This document shows, one piece after another, positions 34,744-42,693 of a DNA stretch of 64,000 bases. This stretch comes from Verrucomicrobiota bacterium (GTDB taxonomy: Bacteria; Verrucomicrobiota; Verrucomicrobiia; Chthoniobacterales; UBA10450). The notes under the pieces were generated by a model that ran no database searches, had not been told where the DNA came from, and worked only from the letters and a program-made list of their open reading frames with translations. The DNA lies in NCBI GenBank assembly GCA_041167505.1, contig JBEEHR010000023.1:21214-85213 (forward strand). Reading direction: 5' to 3'. Made by a program: the position numbers and the translations under genes. Each line of letters starts with the position of its first letter. Within the stretch, counting starts at the first letter, position 1.

Positions 34744-34867
34744 GCGTTCTAGTTTTCGATGACTTTCACATTCAATTTGCAGCGGGCGGACCTGAAACCC
34801 GGCGACCTCCTTCAACCCGGCAAGGAGCCCATCGACGACTGAGCTGCTTCCGGCGGGACGGCAGGCC

Positions 34868-35443
34868 CTATTTCTTTCCGCCGAGCAGACCTTCCTTCAG
34901 CCCGGAGTTCGGCGGATTCTTTCCGATCCAGCAACGAATGAGCTGGTGACTGAACGCCTTGTCGCCGACCGAGGCCGCCTTTTGCCCGCGGATCATGAGA
35001 TCCACGCCGTCTGCGAGGAAACGAACGGACATGGTTTCGCCTTTCTTCATGTCTTTGAGGAGGCCTTGCAGCTTGCTGAGGTGCGGCTTGAGTTCGGTGC
35101 ATCCGGCCACGCAGTTCTTCTCGAACCCTTCCCCAAACGCTTCCGCCATTTGCTTCGCACTCACGTCGCGCATGAAGACCATGTCGATGCTCTTGGCCTG
35201 GTCGGAATTCGCGATCGCCTCACCGTCGCCTGACGGTTTTTCCAGATAGAGCCCGGCGGCGTAGACATTGACCTTGAGAATGGTCGCCTGGCGCAAGCCG
35301 GCGCCGTTCAGCTTCAGGCTTTTCCCTCCGACGGAAACCTGGTCGGGCAATTTCACGCCGCTGATCTCGGCGGCTGACGCGTTGCTGGCCAGGAAAGCCA
35401 GCGCACAAACGCCGGACAGAACGAATTTGGTTTTGGATTTCAT
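34868..35443 (-). CDS. chalcone isomerase-like (CHI fold) family protein, secreted
   Basis: Signal peptide. KLNGAGLRQATILKVNVYAAGLYLE is typical of bacterial CHI-like proteins. Confidence 0.7.
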   Translation of the reverse strand: MKSKTKFVLSGVCALAFLASNASAAEISGVKLPDQVSVGGKSLKLNGAGLRQATILKVNVYAAGLYLEKPSGDGEAIANSDQAKSIDMVFMRDVSAKQMAEAFGEGFEKNCVAGCTELKPHLSKLQGLLKDMKKGETMSVRFLADGVDLMIRGQKAASVGDKAFSHQLIRCWIGKNPPNSGLKEGLLGGKK

Positions 35444-35550
35444 GGTTGGGTCTCAGTGGGTTGGTAGGTTGACGCTAGCGTTAGAGGGTCGCGGAGTTCG
35501 AGAAGAATCTTTGCGCGCGGCGATTCAACCGGGCGCGAATTCATTTCATC

Positions 35551-36477
35551 ATGGCGATAAAATTTTTCGGCGGCAGTGCGGGCGGCAAGAACAGCCGGCG
35601 CCTGGAGGGGAAAGTGGCGATTGTCACAGGCGGTGGCACCGGCATTGGCGAAGCCATTGCCCACAAGTTCACCCGGGAAGGCGCGCGCGTGATTGTGTGC
35701 GGGTTGCCCGACGATCCGGTCGAGGACGTGGCGAAAGCGATCCGCGACCATGGCGGCAAAGCATTCGCGTTCGGCGCCGATATCTCGGAAGAACACGCGG
35801 CCAAGGAGTGCGTCGATTTCGCGGTCAGGAAATTCAAACAGCTCGATGTCCTGGTGAACAACGCTGGCGTTTTCCTCGATAACGCCATGACCCAGGATTA
35901 TCCGGTCGCAGATTTCGATGAGACGATCCGGATGAACATTCGGTCCGCCTTCCTGATGACGCGGTTCGCGCTCCCGCATTTGCAGAAGACCCGCGGCAAC
36001 ATCATCTCGGCTGGCTCGGAATCGGGCATGATCGGCCTGGCGCAAAACACGCCGTATGGCGGGACGAAAGGCTGGATGCACGCGTTCATGCGCGGCGTGG
36101 CGGTGGAGCAGGCGCAGAACGGCGTGCGCGCGAATTGCGTTTGCCCGGGTCCGATCGACACGGCCTGGACGCACAAGGAGACGGGCCCGATGGACAAGGA
36201 GATGGAGAAAAGCCTGATCCAGGCGGTGCCGCTCGCGCGCCGCGGGACGCCGGAAGAAGTGGCGAACGTCTACGCGTTCCTGGCATCGGACGAAGCGAGC
36301 TACGTGACCGGCGCTCTCTACGTGGTGGATGGCGGAACGACAATCGCGAAAGGGCCGGTTGGCGATTTGGTGCCGCAAAAATTACGGAAAGAACCGAAGG
36401 GGAAGCTGACTCTGGAACATTCCCGCGATGGCCTTCGCAACAAGACGACGCATCGAATCAAGCCGGGAAAGAAATAA
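35551..36477 (+). CDS. SDR family oxidoreductase with ~50-aa C-terminal extension
   Basis: TGGGTGIG, NNAG and YGGTK motifs. The basic C-terminal tail is not typical of SDRs. Confidence 0.85.
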   Translation: MAIKFFGGSAGGKNSRRLEGKVAIVTGGGTGIGEAIAHKFTREGARVIVCGLPDDPVEDVAKAIRDHGGKAFAFGADISEEHAAKECVDFAVRKFKQLDVLVNNAGVFLDNAMTQDYPVADFDETIRMNIRSAFLMTRFALPHLQKTRGNIISAGSESGMIGLAQNTPYGGTKGWMHAFMRGVAVEQAQNGVRANCVCPGPIDTAWTHKETGPMDKEMEKSLIQAVPLARRGTPEEVANVYAFLASDEASYVTGALYVVDGGTTIAKGPVGDLVPQKLRKEPKGKLTLEHSRDGLRNKTTHRIKPGKK

Positions 36478-36499
36478 TCTCCCAAGATCGCGCCTTCCA

Positions 36500-36526
36500 A
36501 ACTCGACGGCTTTAAGCCGTCGAGTT
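36500..36526 (+). terminator. intrinsic-terminator-like hairpin between convergent genes
   Basis: Perfect 11-bp stem AACTCGACGGC-TTTAA-GCCGTCGAGTT followed by CCGTTTGTGATTT. Confidence 0.55.
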
Positions 36527-36579
36527 CCGTTTGTGATTTGCTAATCTCGACTTCCGACTTCCGACTTCTGTCTTCTGTC

Positions 36580-37548
36580 CTACCCTTCGAGCGCTTTCAT
36601 CTGCGCTTCGGTCAACCGCAGTTTCCCGGCCGCGACATTCTCTTCGACGTGTTTCACCGATGACGTGCCCGGGATTGGCAACATGACCGGCGACTTCTGG
36701 AGCAGCCACGCGATCGCCACCTGATACACGCTCGCGTTCAGTTCCTTCGCGACCGTTTCGACTGCGCTGCTCATCTTCGACCTGCCACCGCCGATCGGCG
36801 CCCAGGGCATGAATCCAAGACCTTCCTTCTCGCAATACTTCAGCGCGTTGTCCCACTTGCGGTCATCAACGTTGTAACGGTTCTGGATCGTCGCGATTGG
36901 CACGATCTTCCGCGCGCTCTCGATCTCCGCCGGCCCGACTTCCGATAATCCCACGTGCCTGATTTTGCCGGCGTCGCGCATTTCCTTGAGCGCGCCTAAC
37001 GAGTCCTCGGCCGGCACCTTCGAATCGATCCGATGTAACTGGTAAAGATCGATCCGCTCCAGTTTCAGCCGCTTCAGGCTCTTATCGACACATTGCTTGA
37101 GATACTCGGGGCGTCCATCCGGCACCCATTGGCCGGGGCCGGGCCGGGTCAATCCGCCTTTCGTCGCGATAACCAGTCCTTTCGGATAAGGATGGAGCGC
37201 TTCCGCAATGAGAAGCTCACTCGTCTCGGGGCCATAAGCGTCGGCCGTATCGATCAGGTTCACGCCGAGCTCGACCGCGCGTTTGAGAACTTTGAGCGCT
37301 TCGCCTCGATCTTTCGGCCAACCCCAGACGCCATCGCCCGTGATCCGCATCGCGCCAAACCCCAGTCGATTCACTGATAAATCTCCGCCGATTTTGAACA
37401 TGGTAGCCTCCGTGCTGGTGGCCGCGTAAAGGATCGGCCATTGCCCCGCCACAATCGCCGCACCGCTGCCGATGGTCAGCCCGACAAATCGCCGCCGCGT
37501 CAGGCGATCGGATAAGGATGGTTGATCTGCCTTGCGTTCGTTCTTCAC
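36580..37548 (-). CDS. aldo/keto reductase with Tat signal peptide
   Basis: Twin-arginine leader TRRRFVGLTIGSGAAIVAG. AKR motifs include GVNLIDTADAYG. Confidence 0.85.
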   Translation of the reverse strand: MKNERKADQPSLSDRLTRRRFVGLTIGSGAAIVAGQWPILYAATSTEATMFKIGGDLSVNRLGFGAMRITGDGVWGWPKDRGEALKVLKRAVELGVNLIDTADAYGPETSELLIAEALHPYPKGLVIATKGGLTRPGPGQWVPDGRPEYLKQCVDKSLKRLKLERIDLYQLHRIDSKVPAEDSLGALKEMRDAGKIRHVGLSEVGPAEIESARKIVPIATIQNRYNVDDRKWDNALKYCEKEGLGFMPWAPIGGGRSKMSSAVETVAKELNASVYQVAIAWLLQKSPVMLPIPGTSSVKHVEENVAAGKLRLTEAQMKALEG

Positions 37549-37669
37549 GCTTACACTCTGACTGTCTTGTGCTCACAGGGCAAGGCAGCGGGGTAAGCAG
37601 TGACGTGTGACAAGTGACATGTGACGAGTTGTGAGACAGGAGGGAAAACTCCGCGACCGACGCGATGGA

Positions 37670-39586
37670 TTATCGCAGGTTGTAAACCTCGATGGTGCCG
37701 ATACCGATGCCGCCGTTTTTCCCGGCGAGAATCGCGGTGAATTGCCCGGCGGGCAGCGTTGTGAAGATGGCTGATTCCCGTGGGTCGGACAACGCGAGAC
37801 CATTTGCGCGCAAGAGATCGGCGGCCGCCGAATCGTCGGCCCAGTTATCGTTGGCGATCAAGATCGCGCCATTCCCGTCATGCAGCTCGAGCGTGGGATC
37901 GGCCAGGAGATTGGTTAATCCGAACTGGCTCAAGGATGGTCCAAGACCGCGCACGGCTACGCGCGTGTTGTTATTTCCGCCGAGGATGAATCCGCCAATC
38001 AGGACATTGCTTTGCGCGCCGACAAATCCGCGGGTGCTGATGTTTTGCAATTCCGAGTCGGCTGCCTGGTCGCGATCGTAGATCTCAATCAAGCCGATAC
38101 CGGTCGTCTGATTTTTGCCGGTTAGAATCGCGGTATAAGCGGCTGGTGGCAGGGAAGCGACGATGACTGGTTCGCGGTCATCGGTGGGCTGGAACGCGGT
38201 GCCTTCGATCTGGGTTCGTTGATTGTCTTTCCAATTATCGTTCTGGAAGAGCACTGCGCCGTCGGCCCCGCGCAATTCGAGAACCGGATCAAGAAGCACT
38301 CCGGTGAGACCGAGATTACTCAAGGACGGTCCAAGGCCGCGGATCAGAACGGACTTGGAACTATTTCCCTTAATAATGAAGCCGCCGATCATGACGTTGT
38401 CGCCGGTGCTAACTTCGAGGCGCGTGGAGATGTTCAATGCCTGGGCTGGCATCGCGCCCGGGACGTTCGTTAAAGTGAGGGTCCCGTCGGCGCGAAATGG
38501 GTCCGACCATTTCGGGTCGGTGTAAAGGGCGTTGCCGCTGAGCGTGAGGAGGAAGCTCTCCAGGTCGAGGCGTTGCTGGGCGGTAAGATTCAGGGTTTGA
38601 ACGCCGCCTCCGGGACGCTGGAGTCGCGGATCGAGATTCGCATTGTCGCCGGGGATGGCGGCGTAATGATCGATCACCTGGGCGAGCGTGGTAAAGGCGC
38701 CGTTGGGCATCAACGGCCCATTCAACTGTCCGGTGGGCCGGGCCAGGTTCCGGAGCGACGGCGCGCGCGTATTGGTCAGGTCGGTGCCGCCGCCGATGGC
38801 GGTGATGACGCCGTTATTGCGGCTGTTCGGATCGATGTCGAACTCCGGCGGGCGATGGCAAACGGCGCAACCGGCTCCGCCCTGGTTCGGTGCCGTGATG
38901 AAAAGTTGTTTCCCGTTATTCTCGCTGTTGGTGAAGTTTGGGAACGGCTTGGAATCCGCCACGAACGCGCGGCCGTTGTCGTACTTTGAATCAAAGGATT
39001 GAATGCTGCGAATGAACTGGGCGACGGCGCTTTCGATGCCCCCCTCGTCAATCGTGGAAGAACCAAACGCCAGCTTGAAGAGGATCGGATATTCCTGGGT
39101 GGCGGAGAGCTTCGCGACGAGATCGGAAAAAGCCGGGTCGCCGCCGGCGCCGCTGAACCCCATCTCGATCGCGTTTCGAATTGGGTCGGTAATCTGGTTT
39201 TCGAGAAAGGTGACGCGTTCGTCCCAAAAATAATGTGATTCGTTGCCGAACTTCTCGTTGCTCAGGCGCATGGCATGGCGCCCGGTCATCCCGGCGACGC
39301 CGGTGCTGGCGATCGATGGATCGCTGAATCCGTGCGCCTGCTGATGGCAGGAGGCACAGCTCACGGTGTTATTTCGGGAGAGCCGCTTATCGTAAAAGAG
39401 CACGCGGCCCAACGTCGCCCCGTAATCCGAAATCGGGTTTTCATCCGGTGTGTTGTCTTTGAGGATGTAGGCCGGCACTTTCTGATTGGCGTAATTCGGC
39501 AACGCCGCGAGATCGATGACGCCGTTCTGCGCGCAAACAGTGAGTCGCGCGGAAAAGAACGCGACCAGCGCGAAGAGACGTCTCAT
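37670..39586 (-). CDS. di-haem cytochrome c peroxidase/MauG family protein with two C-terminal ~125-aa repeat domains
   Basis: Two CxxCH motifs (CASCH, CAVCH). The start is at the MRRLFALVAFFSA signal peptide, by arithmetic on the ORF track. The C-terminus has a duplicated ISTR..IGGFI..RGLGPSL..DP.LEL..NDNW domain. Confidence 0.8.
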   Translation of the reverse strand: MRRLFALVAFFSARLTVCAQNGVIDLAALPNYANQKVPAYILKDNTPDENPISDYGATLGRVLFYDKRLSRNNTVSCASCHQQAHGFSDPSIASTGVAGMTGRHAMRLSNEKFGNESHYFWDERVTFLENQITDPIRNAIEMGFSGAGGDPAFSDLVAKLSATQEYPILFKLAFGSSTIDEGGIESAVAQFIRSIQSFDSKYDNGRAFVADSKPFPNFTNSENNGKQLFITAPNQGGAGCAVCHRPPEFDIDPNSRNNGVITAIGGGTDLTNTRAPSLRNLARPTGQLNGPLMPNGAFTTLAQVIDHYAAIPGDNANLDPRLQRPGGGVQTLNLTAQQRLDLESFLLTLSGNALYTDPKWSDPFRADGTLTLTNVPGAMPAQALNISTRLEVSTGDNVMIGGFIIKGNSSKSVLIRGLGPSLSNLGLTGVLLDPVLELRGADGAVLFQNDNWKDNQRTQIEGTAFQPTDDREPVIVASLPPAAYTAILTGKNQTTGIGLIEIYDRDQAADSELQNISTRGFVGAQSNVLIGGFILGGNNNTRVAVRGLGPSLSQFGLTNLLADPTLELHDGNGAILIANDNWADDSAAADLLRANGLALSDPRESAIFTTLPAGQFTAILAGKNGGIGIGTIEVYNLR

Positions 39587-39708
39587 TGGCAGATAAACCC
39601 CAGCTTTTTTTACTCGTCGAGCGCGGGAACAGGAACACTTTTGGGGTCGCGCGCCAAGGCCAGTTGGCGATTGCTTGTAAGGCCACTTCTGCGCGGCCGC
39701 ATCCCCGA

Positions 39709-41094
39709 TCACGCGCGCGCGCGACCGATTTTGTGTCCTTTCCAGCCGTAGAATGCGACGTAAGCGTAAGCCACGAGCGGGACCAGGTAGGATAACTGCA
39801 AGCTCCAGCGATCGGCGAGATGACCCTGGAGCGGCGGCAGGATCGCGCCGCCGAGAATGGCCATAACCAAGAGCGAGGACGCCTGGCTTTTGTAAATGCC
39901 GGTGCCCTCAATCGCCAGCGAGAATGTGTTCGACCAACCGATGGAAGTAAAAAGGCCGACCCCGATGACGGACCACATCGCGAGCTTGCCGCCCGCGATG
40001 ATGGCGGTGGCGAGGAGCGCGCAGACCGTCAGGGAAAAAATCATCAGCGTGCGGCCGGCCAATCCTTTTCCGCCCTGGAACAAAAGCCAGCAAAGCAGAA
40101 GCGCCGGCAGATACATTTGTGCCGTGGCCCATCCCCGGATCGCGACAACGATGGCGCCGCCGATGAGTGGAATGGCAGCGAGCAGGAGTTGCTTCGCCCG
40201 CGGCGACAGGTCGCTGAGTTCGACCGCGCCCATGAAACGACCGATCAACATGCCAAACCAGAAGAGCGAAACATAACCGCTGGCCTGCAGCTGGGTGAGA
40301 CCGGCGACCTCCGATTGCCCAAGAAAGTTGATAATGGAACTGCCGACCGCGACTTCACCGCCGACATACATGAAGATCGCGAGCATCCCGAGAGCGACGT
40401 GCGGAAACTTCAGCGCGGCGAAACCGGGCGCGATTTTTCCTTCCCCGACGTCCGGCAGGCGAATGAAGAAAAACAGCGCGGCCAACAGAACGAAAACGAT
40501 GAAGAAAGCCAGGTAAGGCATTTTCACAGAGTCCGCGCCATGCGCACCGGTGCGGACGAAGTATTGAAAGATCAGATAGCCACCGACCAATGGACCGAGG
40601 GTGGTGCCGAGTGAGTTAAAAGCCTGGGCGAGATTCAGCCGGCTTGAGGCTGTCCGTTCCGGCCCGAGAATTGTCACGTAAGGATTGGCCGCGATCTGGA
40701 GCATGGCGAATCCGAGACCGACGACGAAGAGCGCCGTTAAGAAAAGCGGGTAGGAAAGCAACGCCGCCGCCGGCCAGAAAAGGCCGCTGCCCACCGCGGC
40801 GATGCCCAGGCCGATGACGACACCGTTCTTGTAACCAAGCCGCGCGATGGGATCGCCGAGACTGGCGGAGATCCCGAAGTAAATGAGCGAACCGATGAAG
40901 TAGGCTCCGAAGAACGCGAACTGCACGAGCATGGCGTGGAAGTAATCGAGGGTGAAAGCATCCTTGAAGCGCGGGATGAGGATGTCGTTGAAGACCGTCA
41001 TGAATCCCCACATGAAGAAGAGGACCGTCATGATCGCGAAGGGACCGCGGTAAGTCTGGCGTGGGAGAGTGGGAAGCGTGGGCGGATTTTCCAT
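39709..41094 (-). CDS. MFS sugar:H+ symporter, FucP/GluP (FHS) family
   Basis: 12-TM profile. FFMWGFMTVFNDILIPRFK is the FHS-family N-terminal signature. Confidence 0.85.
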   Translation of the reverse strand: MENPPTLPTLPRQTYRGPFAIMTVLFFMWGFMTVFNDILIPRFKDAFTLDYFHAMLVQFAFFGAYFIGSLIYFGISASLGDPIARLGYKNGVVIGLGIAAVGSGLFWPAAALLSYPLFLTALFVVGLGFAMLQIAANPYVTILGPERTASSRLNLAQAFNSLGTTLGPLVGGYLIFQYFVRTGAHGADSVKMPYLAFFIVFVLLAALFFFIRLPDVGEGKIAPGFAALKFPHVALGMLAIFMYVGGEVAVGSSIINFLGQSEVAGLTQLQASGYVSLFWFGMLIGRFMGAVELSDLSPRAKQLLLAAIPLIGGAIVVAIRGWATAQMYLPALLLCWLLFQGGKGLAGRTLMIFSLTVCALLATAIIAGGKLAMWSVIGVGLFTSIGWSNTFSLAIEGTGIYKSQASSLLVMAILGGAILPPLQGHLADRWSLQLSYLVPLVAYAYVAFYGWKGHKIGRARA

Positions 41095-41116
41095 GCGATT
41101 ACTGCTCGTGATTCGG

Positions 41117-41143
41117 CGGACACCGCAGCGCGGCGTCCCTACC
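41117..41143. terminator. single-arm copy of the GGACGCCGC..GCGGCGTCC hairpin overlapping the GH47 stop codon
   Basis: GGACACCGC-AGC-GCGGCGTCC forms a 9-bp stem with 1 mismatch. It is homologous to the arms at 29932-30027. Confidence 0.4.
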
Positions 41144-42485
41144 AGGTCCGTCGCAGAGGATGCGCCTCGGTGTTGAAGACGACCTTGTCGAAGTCGAGCG
41201 CGTCAGCCGGAGCGAAGAGGAGGTAGAAATATTTAAAGGTCTCGGCGAAGACGAAGCTCTCCATCTCGTCCCGCTTCTCTTTCGTGATCACATTCTGGAG
41301 CGCGGCGTAGCCAGTCTCGACGCGACAGTGTTTCACGAAGTCGCCGAACATGTTTTCGGCCTTCCGCCGATACTCAGGATCGCGCGTGTAATGATAAAGG
41401 TAGTAAGTTGATTCGATAATCTCAGGGCGCAGGTGATAGGTAAGAGTGGTCGCCTGCATTGTTTTGTAATCGATCTCTTCCGGCTCGATCCAATGCATGT
41501 TCCACATGTTGATCGAGGAGGCGTGGAGGCGGCGGGCGCGGTCGACATCGCCGGCCGACGCAAGCAAGGCAGGAAAGAAAGCGTCGAGCGCGCCGTAGGT
41601 CGTGGCGGTGCGCTTGCCGGTATTCATGTCGGCGTGGCCGTACCAAAGTTCAGTTCCGCGTTCGTCGGCCAGGTACTTATGGACCGCGGGAATGCTGGCG
41701 TTCCACATTTCCAGGCACTCCTTGTCGCCGAACAGGAGCCAGCACTTCCAAAGGTATTCGTAATAGGAATCGATCCCGCCGCTGATGTGACTGTCGGGAT
41801 CGATCCAGGCGCCGGTCTCGACATTGATGCTGGAGCCGACGAGACCAATCGCGGAGCGGCGTTTGTAGGTCTCAACCAAAGCGCGTTTGGCCTTGTCGTA
41901 GAATACTGGTTTGCCGGTCAGCTTACTGAGCGTGCCAAACTCGAGGAGCAGCGTGCCGGTTTCCGCGGGGTTGGAAATCGGATCGCGCACCTGGCCGGTG
42001 CGGAGGTTGACGTAGACGTAAGGAAGGCCGGTGGGGGAATTGAAGGCGGGCAGCAATCGGTTCCCCAAGTCCTCGGCTAACTCGAGCAAATGCTTGTCGC
42101 CCGTGAGCTGATAACTCGAGAGCAATCCGCCGAGCAGCCGGATCGTGATCTCGAAATTCTTGACGTAGATGTCGCGATCGAAAGAGAGCTCGGTCGTGAT
42201 AAGCGCGCGTGCTTTGTCCGCTTCAGCATCGAGCTTCATGAGGATGAGAGTGTCGAGCGCATCGACGGGCGTCATGAGGAGCGACTGGCCATACCAATCG
42301 TGCGACGTCTTGCTCAACGGTTTGAGCGCGTCGTGTCCCCAGGCATAGCGCTCGTAATTGTTCCAGGCGTGGAGGAATTCGGTTTTGACGCGAGCGGCTG
42401 TTTCGGCAGAGTGCTCGCGCTCGCACGCCGGCAACGCGAGCATGAGAAGAGATACGGCTGCGATCGTTCTCGTTTTCGCGATCAT
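41139..42485 (-). CDS. glycoside hydrolase family 47 (class I alpha-1,2-mannosidase-like), secreted
   Basis: FEITIRLLGGLLSSY, EFGTLSKLTGKPVFYDKA and C-terminal FAETFKYFYLLF match the conserved GH47 blocks as I recall them. N-terminal signal/lipobox (LALPAC). Confidence 0.85.
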   Translation of the reverse strand: MIAKTRTIAAVSLLMLALPACEREHSAETAARVKTEFLHAWNNYERYAWGHDALKPLSKTSHDWYGQSLLMTPVDALDTLILMKLDAEADKARALITTELSFDRDIYVKNFEITIRLLGGLLSSYQLTGDKHLLELAEDLGNRLLPAFNSPTGLPYVYVNLRTGQVRDPISNPAETGTLLLEFGTLSKLTGKPVFYDKAKRALVETYKRRSAIGLVGSSINVETGAWIDPDSHISGGIDSYYEYLWKCWLLFGDKECLEMWNASIPAVHKYLADERGTELWYGHADMNTGKRTATTYGALDAFFPALLASAGDVDRARRLHASSINMWNMHWIEPEEIDYKTMQATTLTYHLRPEIIESTYYLYHYTRDPEYRRKAENMFGDFVKHCRVETGYAALQNVITKEKRDEMESFVFAETFKYFYLLFAPADALDFDKVVFNTEAHPLRRTW

Positions 42486-42528
42486 GGCTGAAGGCTCGGA
42501 TGTGCTGGGGAAGAGTGTCGAGTTAAAA

Positions 42529-42680
42529 CTCGAAATCCGAATTCCGAAGCTCGAAACAAATTCGAATTAGGAAAACCCGAAAGGCTCGAAACGGGGAGCC
42601 TCCGTTTCAGTCATTCCACAATATTCGGTGATTCCTCTTTGCTTCGGATTTCGAGCTTCGAGATTCGGATTTTCGGTTTC
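42529..42680. repeat. low-complexity palindromic element, TCGAAATCCGAA word type
   Basis: The left arm CTCGAAATCCGAATTCCGAAGCTCGAAAC faces GCTTCGGATTTCGAGCTTCGAGATTCGGATTTTCGG. There is a central 7-bp hairpin GAAACGG/CCGTTTC. It lies between divergent starts. Confidence 0.65.
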
Positions 42681-42693
42681 AGTATGCAGGGCG

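Noticed and set aside
35634-35648. Sigma-54-like promoter TGGCAC-N5-TTGG
   Set aside because: It lies inside the SDR coding sequence, where it encodes the GGGTGIGEA Rossmann motif. The -12 element reads TTGG rather than TTGC. I consider it a coincidence of the coding sequence.
36536-36580. Tandem CGACTTC / TGTCTTC words and the GTGAC-rich stretch at about 37590-37630 as further palindromic elements
   Set aside because: They have only one arm and no inverted partner nearby. They may be half-elements or simple low-complexity sequence. The evidence is too weak to call them features.
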